Assembly: GCA_964536195.1 (NCBI GenBank)
Contig: CAZHVO010000003.1
Location: 1,797 to 41,407, forward strand
Origin: an uncultured Planctomycetia bacterium
GTDB lineage: Bacteria > Omnitrophota > Gorgyraeia > Duberdicusellales > 4484-171
Length of the DNA stretch: 39,611 nucleotides
Direction: 5' to 3'
The position numbers were made by a program, and so were the translations under genes. The notes below the pieces were generated by a model. That model searched no databases, was not told where the DNA came from, and was given only the letters and a program-made list of their open reading frames with translations. The number at the start of each line of letters is the position of its first letter. The stretch's first letter is position 1. Positions 15,990 through 26,100 of the stretch are shown piece by piece.

Positions 15990-18800
15990 ATGAATGAAAA
16001 TACATCAAAGACTAGATATCGTGATAAAATCGTTGGTCGAACCGATAGCTTTCCGAATGCAATTTGTTTGGTAAATAAATTCAAAAAGACAATTAAAAGA
16101 CCAGAATTGTTAAGGAAAGTTAAAACAATTTTTTCAACTTCAAGAAAGAATAGCATTGTATGCACGCTAGCTGATTATCGAGCCCTTGTAGATGTATATC
16201 AGCGGAGTCGAAATCGAAAAGCCGAAAAAAGCAGTTCTAAATCTAAAATTCTTCTTTTCAGGAATATTTTTAATTCTTCGGGTAAAGAGAAAAACCAAAG
16301 TTTTAGCTCAGCAACTCTTTATTTGGCTTCTGGCCTAAAGAAGGCAGGTTTTAGAGTCGTTTTTAGCAATTCCAAGATTTCTTTGGAGAACGACGATTTT
16401 ATTACGCAAAAAGAGGAGTTGGAGAAAATTTTGAGAGCGAATTCCGACATAAACATTATCGGTATTTCTCTCTGTGAAGACTTTTTCGAAAAGGCTAAAG
16501 AATTAATTAAATTTCTAAGAAAAAGAACGAAGGCTTTTATCGCAGTGGGTGGTGTAATGCCAACACTAACTCCTGAACATGTTTTTGTTCATTTACCGGA
16601 TGCGAATTTTTTGGTCAGGGGCGCTGGTGAAGAAGTTCTTCCCAAAATGGCTAAAATTTTAGGAGGAAAGAATATTGATTCTTCTTTCGACAAAGGAGAG
16701 GTAGAAAATCTTTTAAAACTTAAAGGCGTTCTTTTTCAGAATAAATTTATTTTTATTTCTGCAGCTTTAGATAAAGTTAATAATATTACAGATTACGACT
16801 GTTCTTTTCTTGATTTCAGTTTCCTGAAGGCGGAAAATATTACTAACGGTCTAATTCTTTTTACTTCCCGAGGATGTTTTAATAATTGTTTTTTTTGCAC
16901 TTCGCCGGGAAAGGGTGAATATGTAGCTAAAAGTTTTAAGAATTTAAAAACAATTATTAAGAACTATAAGCAGAGGCTCAACGAAATTTTTAAGAAAGAT
17001 ATCCCACCTTCTGCTTTACGGATTTCTTTCTATGATGATGATTTTCTCGCCGATACTCAAAGAGCTAAATCTTTTTTCTTGTATCTGAAAAAACAACCAT
17101 TCCGCATAAATTTTTTCCAAACCGGCATAAACTCTTTTTTTGAAAAAGTTGGAAAGAAGTACTCCGGCAAGTTAGACCGGGGACTTCTTAAGAGTTTGGC
17201 TCCGGAAATTTTTGACCCCTCAAAAGAAACAAATATTTATATAGGACTTGAAAATATTTCCGATAGAGAACTTACAAGATTAGGCAAGGGGTACAGCCAT
17301 AAAAAAGCCGAAAAAATAATAAATACATTAGCTCTGAAGAGAATTAAAATCACTTGTCACTTTATAGCTTCAAATCAATTAACTTCTTTAGACAATATTG
17401 TAGAAAATTTATTCAAGTTTTCTGTTTTCCAAGCTCTTTACGGACAATATTTTAAAGTTTTAACTCCAATTATTCCTTACCTTGTGTCTCTTTATCCATC
17501 GGCAAGTTATAAAATTTCTTTAATAAATAAACGAGAAAAATTTATTAATATTCGTCGTAATCTATTAGTGGAAAATTATCCAGAGTATGATTATTCTCTA
17601 GTAGAGAATGATATTCCTATGAGCAAGGCTGTACAAGCCTTGGTTCCTTTACTTTATGATTCATTTTTGGCTAATAAGAATTATTTTAAAATTTTAGATG
17701 AGATGTTATCTAATCTCCTGCTTTTACAAGAAAAAATTCCTTCGGCACAAAAAGAGATATCAAATGTGGTTAGGAAATATAATAATTATTACCTGATGAT
17801 TGATAAAAAGGTATCTCGTATGGTAACCCCCGGCCGGAATAACCTGCAATTAATGATTACTAAGCGATGCCACCTTCGCTGTAAATATTGTCCGATTGTT
17901 AAAAAAAATGAAGACATGAGCGAAGATGTGCTGTATCAAGCAATTAATTTTCTTTTTACCGCTTCCGGAGACACTCTTCGCTTGGATTTTACTGGTGGAG
18001 AGCCGTTGTTAAGATTTGATTTGGTAAAAAAAGGAGTTGAGTACGCTAAAAAATTAGCCCGAAAGAAAAACAAAAATATTTCTTTTTACCTGGTAACAAA
18101 TCTTATTGCGATGGAGGATGATATTGCTGATTTTTTGGCCAGAGAAAATTTTTTCCTGGAATTGTCAGTAGACGGGGAAGAAAAATTCCATAATCTTTAT
18201 AAAATCGGAAGAGACCATAAAATAAACGCTTATCAATCAACAATAACTAAATTGCAGAAAGTATTTTCAAGAAAAATAAATAATTATGCGGTGATGGTAG
18301 TAAATCCAGCCACTGTTAGATATCTGTGGCGTAATTTTTACCATATTATGAAATTAGGATTTAGAAGAATCGGTGTTAATTATGCCCTTTGCTCAACATG
18401 GGAAGCAGATGCCCGAAGGGAATTTTTCCGACAATTTGATTTAATTAAGGAAGCTTTACACCTCCATATTAAAAAAGGGATAGTCAGCTTAACTAATCTA
18501 GAGTCGAGAAACGAACCGGCTATTCTAAATAGTGAAATAATGGTTGACGTTGACGGGAGAGTGCGACTATTGACCGATTACCTTTTTGAAAAAGAAATTA
18601 AAAAGAAACCGCCCTTTTTAGGAGAAATAGGAAACTTTAAGAATATAAATGAAATTTTTTTGACGCAGTTTCGAACTTTATCCCGGTTGTTTCGGTATCA
18701 GGCAACTCCTAAAATAAAAAAGGTTATTCTTAATAATATCGAAATGGGAAATTTGACAAAAATCTATTTTGAAGAATGGAAAAGCAAATTAAAGCAATAA
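15990..18800 (+). CDS. Cobalamin-binding radical SAM domain fused to a group B radical SAM domain
   Basis: LYLASGLKKAG, VGGVMPT, VRGAGEE, TSRGCFNNCFFC, FYDDDF; second domain ITKRCHLRCKYC, FTGGEP, EPAILNSEIMVDVDG. Confidence 0.85.
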   Translation: MNENTSKTRYRDKIVGRTDSFPNAICLVNKFKKTIKRPELLRKVKTIFSTSRKNSIVCTLADYRALVDVYQRSRNRKAEKSSSKSKILLFRNIFNSSGKEKNQSFSSATLYLASGLKKAGFRVVFSNSKISLENDDFITQKEELEKILRANSDINIIGISLCEDFFEKAKELIKFLRKRTKAFIAVGGVMPTLTPEHVFVHLPDANFLVRGAGEEVLPKMAKILGGKNIDSSFDKGEVENLLKLKGVLFQNKFIFISAALDKVNNITDYDCSFLDFSFLKAENITNGLILFTSRGCFNNCFFCTSPGKGEYVAKSFKNLKTIIKNYKQRLNEIFKKDIPPSALRISFYDDDFLADTQRAKSFFLYLKKQPFRINFFQTGINSFFEKVGKKYSGKLDRGLLKSLAPEIFDPSKETNIYIGLENISDRELTRLGKGYSHKKAEKIINTLALKRIKITCHFIASNQLTSLDNIVENLFKFSVFQALYGQYFKVLTPIIPYLVSLYPSASYKISLINKREKFINIRRNLLVENYPEYDYSLVENDIPMSKAVQALVPLLYDSFLANKNYFKILDEMLSNLLLLQEKIPSAQKEISNVVRKYNNYYLMIDKKVSRMVTPGRNNLQLMITKRCHLRCKYCPIVKKNEDMSEDVLYQAINFLFTASGDTLRLDFTGGEPLLRFDLVKKGVEYAKKLARKKNKNISFYLVTNLIAMEDDIADFLARENFFLELSVDGEEKFHNLYKIGRDHKINAYQSTITKLQKVFSRKINNYAVMVVNPATVRYLWRNFYHIMKLGFRRIGVNYALCSTWEADARREFFRQFDLIKEALHLHIKKGIVSLTNLESRNEPAILNSEIMVDVDGRVRLLTDYLFEKEIKKKPPFLGEIGNFKNINEIFLTQFRTLSRLFRYQATPKIKKVILNNIEMGNLTKIYFEEWKSKLKQ

Positions 18801-20011
18801 TTAATTCTTTTATCGATGATTTCGATCAGCAAAAGCTGGTTTTGCTGGAGCATATACTTTTTTCTCTATTGTTGGAGAGAGAAGCGTATTTACTTCAAAG
18901 AAAAAAAAGCACATATACAAAGAAAATAGCAGGAATCCTATCTCGTTATGCTAATTACCGGTATCTAATTTACGAAACAATGTCAAAGAAGAAAAAAGTT
19001 GATAAAAACTTTCTTATGAGAAATATTTATATCTCCCCTCAGCGCCTTATCGTTCTTCTGACTCATAATTGTCAATTACGCTGCGAGTATTGTCGGGTAA
19101 GCAAATTCTCATCTTTCATGAATAAAGAAACTTTATTTAAAGCGATCGATTTACTGTTTACTTCCAATTCACGAGAGCTTCAACTTCAGTTTTTTGGCGG
19201 TGAGCCTCTTCTAAAATTTGATTTGATCAAAAAAGCAGTTATTTATGGAGAAAAAGCTGCTAAACGGCTGGAAAAAGATCTAGTTTTTATCCTTACGACC
19301 AACGGTATTGAGCTGACAAAAGAAAAGGTAGATTTTCTAAAAAAGCACCGGTTTATTATCGAGTATAGCATAGATGGTGAGGTTGAGGCTCAGCTTAAGA
19401 CCAGGATGGCCTCTAACAATAAAAATTATTATTCACATATGATAGATAATTTTGAGTATCTTAAACAGTCAGGCATACGCCACTATTCTATTAGCGTGGT
19501 CATGCCGCATACTGTTTCGCCAATGTTTAGAAACTTTAAGCATTTGGTAGATATTGGGTTTGAGAGTTTACAGATGAATTATTCTTTAGGGTTTTTCTGG
19601 CCCAAGAAGGAGGTAAAAACTCTTTTTCGACAAACAGAGCAAATTCTTAACTATGTTAAGAAACACAGGGATATTCAATTCATTAATTTAACTTCTGCGA
19701 GGAAAGAGCCGGTAGTCCTTAACGCTGAGCTGACGGTAGATTGTGATGGTGGGATATATATGGAATCGGGAATTTGCCTTGAGGAAGATTTTATTGAGAT
19801 GAAAAACAAATTTTTGGTAACCGATCTAGAGAAAGCGGTAAACGTCAATTTGTACGGTTCCACTCCTTTTCAAAATTTTTACCGCTTATCAGAAATTTAT
19901 GGCGCGGCAAACCCCAAATTTAGAGAAATTATTCTAAATAATATTTTCTTGGGAAAAAAATACAACTTATTTTTAAAAAATGAAAAAAGTAAAATTTTCC
20001 ATTCCTTATAA
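18776..20011 (+). CDS. Radical SAM protein (group B) with an N-terminal helical extension
   Basis: LTHNCQLRCEYC, FFGGEP, TTNG, SIDG, EPVVLNAELTVDCDG. Confidence 0.88.
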   Translation: MEKQIKAIINSFIDDFDQQKLVLLEHILFSLLLEREAYLLQRKKSTYTKKIAGILSRYANYRYLIYETMSKKKKVDKNFLMRNIYISPQRLIVLLTHNCQLRCEYCRVSKFSSFMNKETLFKAIDLLFTSNSRELQLQFFGGEPLLKFDLIKKAVIYGEKAAKRLEKDLVFILTTNGIELTKEKVDFLKKHRFIIEYSIDGEVEAQLKTRMASNNKNYYSHMIDNFEYLKQSGIRHYSISVVMPHTVSPMFRNFKHLVDIGFESLQMNYSLGFFWPKKEVKTLFRQTEQILNYVKKHRDIQFINLTSARKEPVVLNAELTVDCDGGIYMESGICLEEDFIEMKNKFLVTDLEKAVNVNLYGSTPFQNFYRLSEIYGAANPKFREIILNNIFLGKKYNLFLKNEKSKIFHSL

Positions 20012-20972
20012 TGGAGATATTGAGTTAATTAAATGGGCGATTAAAAATAAGCAGGTTGAGGAAGTTTATTTTGCTGGTCCGCAAGGGTATGATTTTTCTG
20101 ATCCATACGAGAACGAAAAAAAACATAGCCTTTACGATGTCAGTGCTTTAATGAGGCTTTGTAACAAAAATAAAGTAGATACGAATTTATTAATTAATAA
20201 GAATGTAATGTTTTTTGAGTCTTTGGCGAGGATAAAGAAAAGTATTAATATTTTGCAAAAAGCAGGGAGTTTAGATTATATTACTGTAGCTGATGTTTTT
20301 CTTGCTAAGTGGCTAAAAGAAAATTTTCCTTTAATTAAATTGCAATCGTCTATTTATATGGGGATAAACAATTTTTTGAAGGTAAAAGAAGGTATAAAAG
20401 CAGGCATATCCAAATTTTGTTTAGATCCTTCAATAAACCGTAATGGACAGGAGTTAAGAAAAATTGCCGGTTTAAAAAAGCATTATCCTTTTTTGCGGAT
20501 CAAACTGTTAGGATTGATTATGTGCTATCAGAATTGTTTTTATTCTTTAAGACATAGCGCTTTGCCGATTTTTAGTAGACAAATCAAGAGTAAGGGGGGG
20601 TACTTGGGAGAGCAGTTTGATTGTTATAAATGCCATTATTTGCCATCAGGAATAGTAGATGAGATTAAAAGGCCCTACGTTCGTCCAGAAGATGTTAGCT
20701 ATTACGAAAAAGAAAAGTTGACCGATTCAATAAAGTTGGCTTATCGTAATGAGCCCAGTGCTTCATTGAAGCTAAAAATGATAAGTTACTTTAATCGTAG
20801 TTATAATGGTAACTTATTTGATTTAATGGATTCTATTAATTATGATAATTTATTTTGTGATAATAAAAGGATACCTAAAGATTTCGCTAAAAAGGTTGTG
20901 GAGTGTAATAAAGATTGTTTTTCGTGTGGTTATTGTGAGTTTATCGCTAAAAGATACCTTAAAGCCAGGTGA
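19980..20972 (+). CDS. U32 'peptidase' family Fe-S protein
   Basis: FSIPYN..EEVYFA, ITVAD, LQSS, LDPSINR, CYQNCFY..H, VRPED..YY, IKLAYR; C-terminal CNKDCFSCGYC. Confidence 0.75.
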   Translation: MKKVKFSIPYNGDIELIKWAIKNKQVEEVYFAGPQGYDFSDPYENEKKHSLYDVSALMRLCNKNKVDTNLLINKNVMFFESLARIKKSINILQKAGSLDYITVADVFLAKWLKENFPLIKLQSSIYMGINNFLKVKEGIKAGISKFCLDPSINRNGQELRKIAGLKKHYPFLRIKLLGLIMCYQNCFYSLRHSALPIFSRQIKSKGGYLGEQFDCYKCHYLPSGIVDEIKRPYVRPEDVSYYEKEKLTDSIKLAYRNEPSASLKLKMISYFNRSYNGNLFDLMDSINYDNLFCDNKRIPKDFAKKVVECNKDCFSCGYCEFIAKRYLKAR

Positions 20973-23170
20973 AAATGTCTAAAATTGTTTTGATAAATCC
21001 TGTAAATCTTGACCCCCCGCCTAATTATTTTGGGCCGCCATATGGGTTAAGTCTTATAGCGGCTAATCTTTTAAAATGCAACAAGAAAGTTACCGCTTAT
21101 GACTTTGACTTTCAACCGATGCCGGTAATGCTGCAGGCAATCCCGGAAATACTAAAAAAAGATAAACCTGATTATATAGGTATTGCAACACAAAGTTGTG
21201 CTAGAGGTTCAGTATATCAGATCATTAGGGCAATAAAAAAAAATGATAACAAGGTAAAGATAATATTAGGTGGGCCATTTGCGTCATTGAAATTTGAGTT
21301 GCTTTTGCGCAATTTTGCTGTTGATTTTGTAATAATCGGCGATGGAGAGATAACTTTAAATCAGCTTATTGATTGTATTGACAATAAAGATAACTTGAGT
21401 GATGTGGATGGTATAGCATATATAGGAAGTGGTAAGCTTTGTGTGACTCAGGAAAGAGAAAAAATAAGCAATTTAGATCAATTACTTTACCCTGCTTTTC
21501 ATCTTTTTAAAGACTTTAATGAGAGAATGGCCTTTCCTAAAAATCTTGGCCCTTTGCCAAATTTTTTATTAGGTAAACGGTGTACAACCTTAAAAGATGC
21601 ATTGTTAATGTTGTCTTCCAGAGGGTGTATTTATAGCTGTAACTTTTGTCCAATGAGCAAGATAACTAAGCATAAAATAAGATTTCATAGCCCGGAGTAT
21701 TTTGTAAATATGGTTGAGTATTTTCATGAAAAGTATAGTATTAGTGATTTTGTTTTTGGCGATAATTTCTTTACATTAAGAAAAGAAAGAGTTCTGAAAA
21801 TTTGTGAGTTGATATTACAGAAAAAGCTAAAAATAAAATGGGGTTGTATGACTCGTTCTGATTATGTTGACGAGGAGATGTTGTCGATAATGGCGAAAGC
21901 TGGCTGTTTTGAAATATCTTATGGAGTTGAAAGTGGATCAGTTTTGATTCAGAAAAAAATAGGTAAAAATCTTGATCTAGCTAAAACCAAAGAATCATTT
22001 TTAATGACGGAAAAGTTTGGCATTAGAAGTGTGCTTATGCTTATGATTGGGAATAGTGGAGAAAATGTAAATACGATAAAGCAGACTATGAAATTTGTCC
22101 GCGGAATGAGGCCGGATAGTATTTTGGTTAAAAAAGTAAAGGTGTATCCCGGTACAAAAATTCATGATATTTTTGAACAAAAAGGTTTGATAGATGACAA
22201 TTATTATTTAGGCGATGACTACCATCCGCCTACCTTTACTTTGGCGCATAGCCAAAATAAACTTAATGATTTTTCAGATATGATTAAGTCGAGGAGGGTA
22301 TATATAGACTCTACTAACGTTTCAAACAACAATTCATTGTTTAGTGATTTAGATAGCGGTTTAAGAGATAAAGATCTTGATACCATTAAAAAAGAACTTG
22401 CATTAGCTTTAACTAGGGCAGAACTGGTGGTACTGACCGGAGGCGAGTTTTTTCTGCGTAAAGATTTTTTTGATATTCTGCGATTTGCTATCGACTTAAA
22501 TCTTCATCATCTTTATATAAAAAGCAACGCAAGAATATTTTTATACAATAAGTTTTTAGAAAAATTGATGAATATAGAATGTCTGGAAAAAATTTTAGTT
22601 CCTTTTTACGGCGAAGAGGCTTATCACGATCAAGTTTGCCGGGTTAAAGGAGCTTTTTCCCAAACTGTAAAAGGCATTAAGAATTTAAAATTAAGATTTC
22701 CTTACATCAAAGTCCAGGCACAAATACCAATTTTACTTAATAATTTTGAAAGAATTCAGGATTTAACAGTAATGCTTTCAAATATGGGGGTTGATGAGTT
22801 TCACTATCTATTTGGCCGTAGTTGCGATGGGATTACGAAAGTAAGTCCGAATAATTTACCGCTTATCAGCAAAGCTATGAAGAGTATTGCAACGGCAAGT
22901 AAGTGGTTGGTTAAAAAAAATAAAGAAATATCTTTTGAGGGTGTGCCTTTATGTATAGCCGGAAAGTACAAATACTATTGTTGCGATTTCACGCAGCCCT
23001 TTGACGAGGTAATAACATTTGATAATAAAGTCGTGGGTTGTATTGAATTGAGAAAAAAATATAAGAAAAAGTATTTTTTTTGTAGAAAATGCAAAGAGGG
23101 TGATTTGTGTGAAGGTGTTTGGAGAAATTATGCGAAAATAGCAAAATCTGATGAGCTTAAACCATACTGA
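20969..23170 (+). CDS. B12-dependent radical SAM (class B methyltransferase-like) fused to a degenerate HxsC-like domain
   Basis: IVLINP, PPYGL, ILGGPFAS, IGDGE, SSRGCIYSCNFC, YGVESGS; C-domain SNNNSLFS, LTGGE, VPLC, CRKCKEGDLCEG. Confidence 0.87.
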   Translation: MKMSKIVLINPVNLDPPPNYFGPPYGLSLIAANLLKCNKKVTAYDFDFQPMPVMLQAIPEILKKDKPDYIGIATQSCARGSVYQIIRAIKKNDNKVKIILGGPFASLKFELLLRNFAVDFVIIGDGEITLNQLIDCIDNKDNLSDVDGIAYIGSGKLCVTQEREKISNLDQLLYPAFHLFKDFNERMAFPKNLGPLPNFLLGKRCTTLKDALLMLSSRGCIYSCNFCPMSKITKHKIRFHSPEYFVNMVEYFHEKYSISDFVFGDNFFTLRKERVLKICELILQKKLKIKWGCMTRSDYVDEEMLSIMAKAGCFEISYGVESGSVLIQKKIGKNLDLAKTKESFLMTEKFGIRSVLMLMIGNSGENVNTIKQTMKFVRGMRPDSILVKKVKVYPGTKIHDIFEQKGLIDDNYYLGDDYHPPTFTLAHSQNKLNDFSDMIKSRRVYIDSTNVSNNNSLFSDLDSGLRDKDLDTIKKELALALTRAELVVLTGGEFFLRKDFFDILRFAIDLNLHHLYIKSNARIFLYNKFLEKLMNIECLEKILVPFYGEEAYHDQVCRVKGAFSQTVKGIKNLKLRFPYIKVQAQIPILLNNFERIQDLTVMLSNMGVDEFHYLFGRSCDGITKVSPNNLPLISKAMKSIATASKWLVKKNKEISFEGVPLCIAGKYKYYCCDFTQPFDEVITFDNKVVGCIELRKKYKKKYFFCRKCKEGDLCEGVWRNYAKIAKSDELKPY

Positions 23171-26100
23171 AAATAATAGTGTTGCAAATATGCTGATTTG
23201 TATTACAGCAAAATGCCAATTAGATTGTTCTTATTGCAGTCTTGACCGGGAGGTTCAGGATATTACTGAGTCGATGCTATACGATGCATTGGACTTGTTG
23301 TTTACAGCCAAGAAAGATATCCTGGAGATACAATTTTTTGGCGGTGAACCATTGTTGAGGTTTGATCTTATGGAAAAGGCAGTTAATTATGCAACGGAAA
23401 AAAATCAAAAAATAGGAAAAAATATCAGGTATGTTTTAACTACCAATGGTTTAATCTTGAATGATGAAAATTGCCAGTTTTTAAAACAGCATGATTTTAC
23501 ATTGTTACTAAGTATTGATGGCATGCCAGAAACACAAATTAAGAATAGGCCTTTGAGTTTTTCGGGTAAAACAAATTATTTTGAGTCAATTTCAAAAGCT
23601 TTAGCTTTTCTTAAAGTTTTCAAAATCGATTATTTTGTCAATATGGTTTTTATGCCTGATGATGTAAAAAAGATGACTGAAAACGTAGAATACCTTATCG
23701 ATTTGGGCGTGAAGGATATACAACTAGCTTATGCGGTTGGACAGTATTTTAGTGATAATAATATTTTTAGATCTGTGGATGAATTTACTAAAATAGCTCA
23801 GTTGGCTAAGGAGAGAAAAGTACGTTTTCGTAATTTAGACAATGATAATGAACCGATATTGTTTTCTCCACAAGTAGTCGTGAGTCCTTTGGGTAAAGTT
23901 TATGTTGGGTGTGCGTTGGTTTTAGAAAAGAAATTTAAAGAATTCAATGATATTTTTTATTACGATCAGTTAAATAATGGGTTAACCTTTGAAGATGTTT
24001 GCCGGACAAATTCTGAGCAGTTTGCCTTGCTTGAGAAAAATAGGGATAAAATAGATAAAGCTTTATTTAGCAATTTATCTTTGGGTGTCGCTTTGGATAT
24101 CTTTGCTAAACATTATCGCATAAGCAAAGATAAGGGCTTAAATATGTACGAGGCCCAGAGTAATTATCTATACCATGATAAACTTATGCTAATGCTTACC
24201 CATAAATGCCAGATGTGTTGTCGTTATTGCTATCTTGATTTTACTCATCCCGACATCAAAGAAGAGGTAATTTATAAGGCTATAGATGTTTTGTTTTTTT
24301 CACAGAAGAAGGATAGTGTCGAGATACAATTTTTTGGCGGTGAACCTTTGCTGAGATTTGACCTTATGAAAAAGACCATAAATTATGCAGAGAAAAAATG
24401 TGTAGAGGCCGGGAAAAAAGTAAAGTATCTCTTAGCTACTAATGGAATTGGGTTAGGTGCTAAGGAATTGGAATATTTGTCTAATTATCAGGTTGGTTTT
24501 ATTCTTAGCATTGACGGTAAAAGCCGTACTCAAAGATATAATCGACCGTTATTAAACAAGAAGAAAAATTATCCTTTTATTCGATTTACGCGGGTTATCA
24601 ATAACTTGGTAGGCCAAAAACGGGATTTCTTTATTAATCTTGTTGTTGGTCCCAAAAATGTAAATGCTTTAGTTGACAATGCTTTGTTTTTTTTAAAGTT
24701 GGGCGTAAAGAATATAAGACTATCTTATGAACTTGGAGTTTTTTGGGAAAAAAAATATATCATCCGATATTGTATCGCTTCATTTAAGATTATGTGGGAG
24801 TGGATAAAACATGGTGATAATAATTTAATAAATTTACATGTTGATGATGAGCCTTCTCTTATATCTCCGGTGCTTACAGTTGATTACGAGGGAAGTGTTT
24901 ATAGTGGGTGTACAATAACTTTAGAGAAGTTATTTCCGGCTTTTCGAAAAATTAATTATATTGACAATATATGTAATGTTAAAAGAATGGAAGATATGAG
25001 TCGAACCAGGAAAGAAGTAGTGAGTAAAATGTGGAGTTTATCTGAAAAACGTGAGTTGGTGTTTAATAATCTTATGGTCGGTAAACTTGCCGAGCAGCAT
25101 TTCCATAAATTTAACGTGGAAGAAAAGAAAGACGTCGACTCAGACTTGCCTAAATATAAGGTAAGCGGGCTAATGCTAATGTGTACTTATCAGTGCCAAT
25201 TAAAATGTGGATATTGCGAGATAGAACAATGTGATAAGTCAATGAAGCAGAAGGTAGTTGAGGATGCTATTGATTTGCTGTTGACCACTAAGGGCAAAGA
25301 GTGTTTGTTGAGATTTTGGGGCGGAGAGCCTTTGCTTGAATGGGAACTTATTAAAAAAGGGATTAAGGCCGGAATTAAGAAAGCCAAAATAAAAAACAAA
25401 AAGCTAAAATTTTCCATTACTACTAATGGATTACTGTTGGATGAAGAGAAACTTGATTTTTTAAAAAAGAATTCAGTGGAAATAATGTTCTCTATGGATG
25501 GAGATGAATTAGCAAATAAAACTTTTAGGCTAAAAGGGGTTAATGAAAAACTTTATACTGAGTTGGAGAATAACTTAAAGCTTTTAGCTAATTCAGGTAT
25601 CGCCCATTTTGTTAATTTAGTGGTTTTTCCGGATAACGTAGAACACTTGGCTAAAAATATCAGTTTTATCAAACGATTAGGAGTTCAGCGGATACAGATT
25701 GGTTATCAGAATGCTGTATTTTGGGGTGCAGATAAGGTTAAGGCGATGCAAGATCAAATAAGAAAGTTTTTTGAGGCAAATGGAGGAGAAGAGCTATTGA
25801 TGAATTTCGTTAATGATTGTGAACCGACAATGCTTAGTAATGAAATATTGGTGGATGTGGACGGAAAACTTTATTTGGACGGAGCTGTTTTCATGGAAAA
25901 AGATTTTCCTGCCCTGCGAAAGCAATATTTTTTAGGTGATCTTAAGGCTATTAAGCGTGTTGATGACCTGTATTTAACTAAAAAAGATGTATTCAATAAA
26001 TTCAAAAAAGCATGTAATGCTAGGCAGCGTAAGCTATTAGATAATAATATTGATCTTGGTCTGGAAATGGAATATTTTTACAATGATTTTTCTTCTCGTT

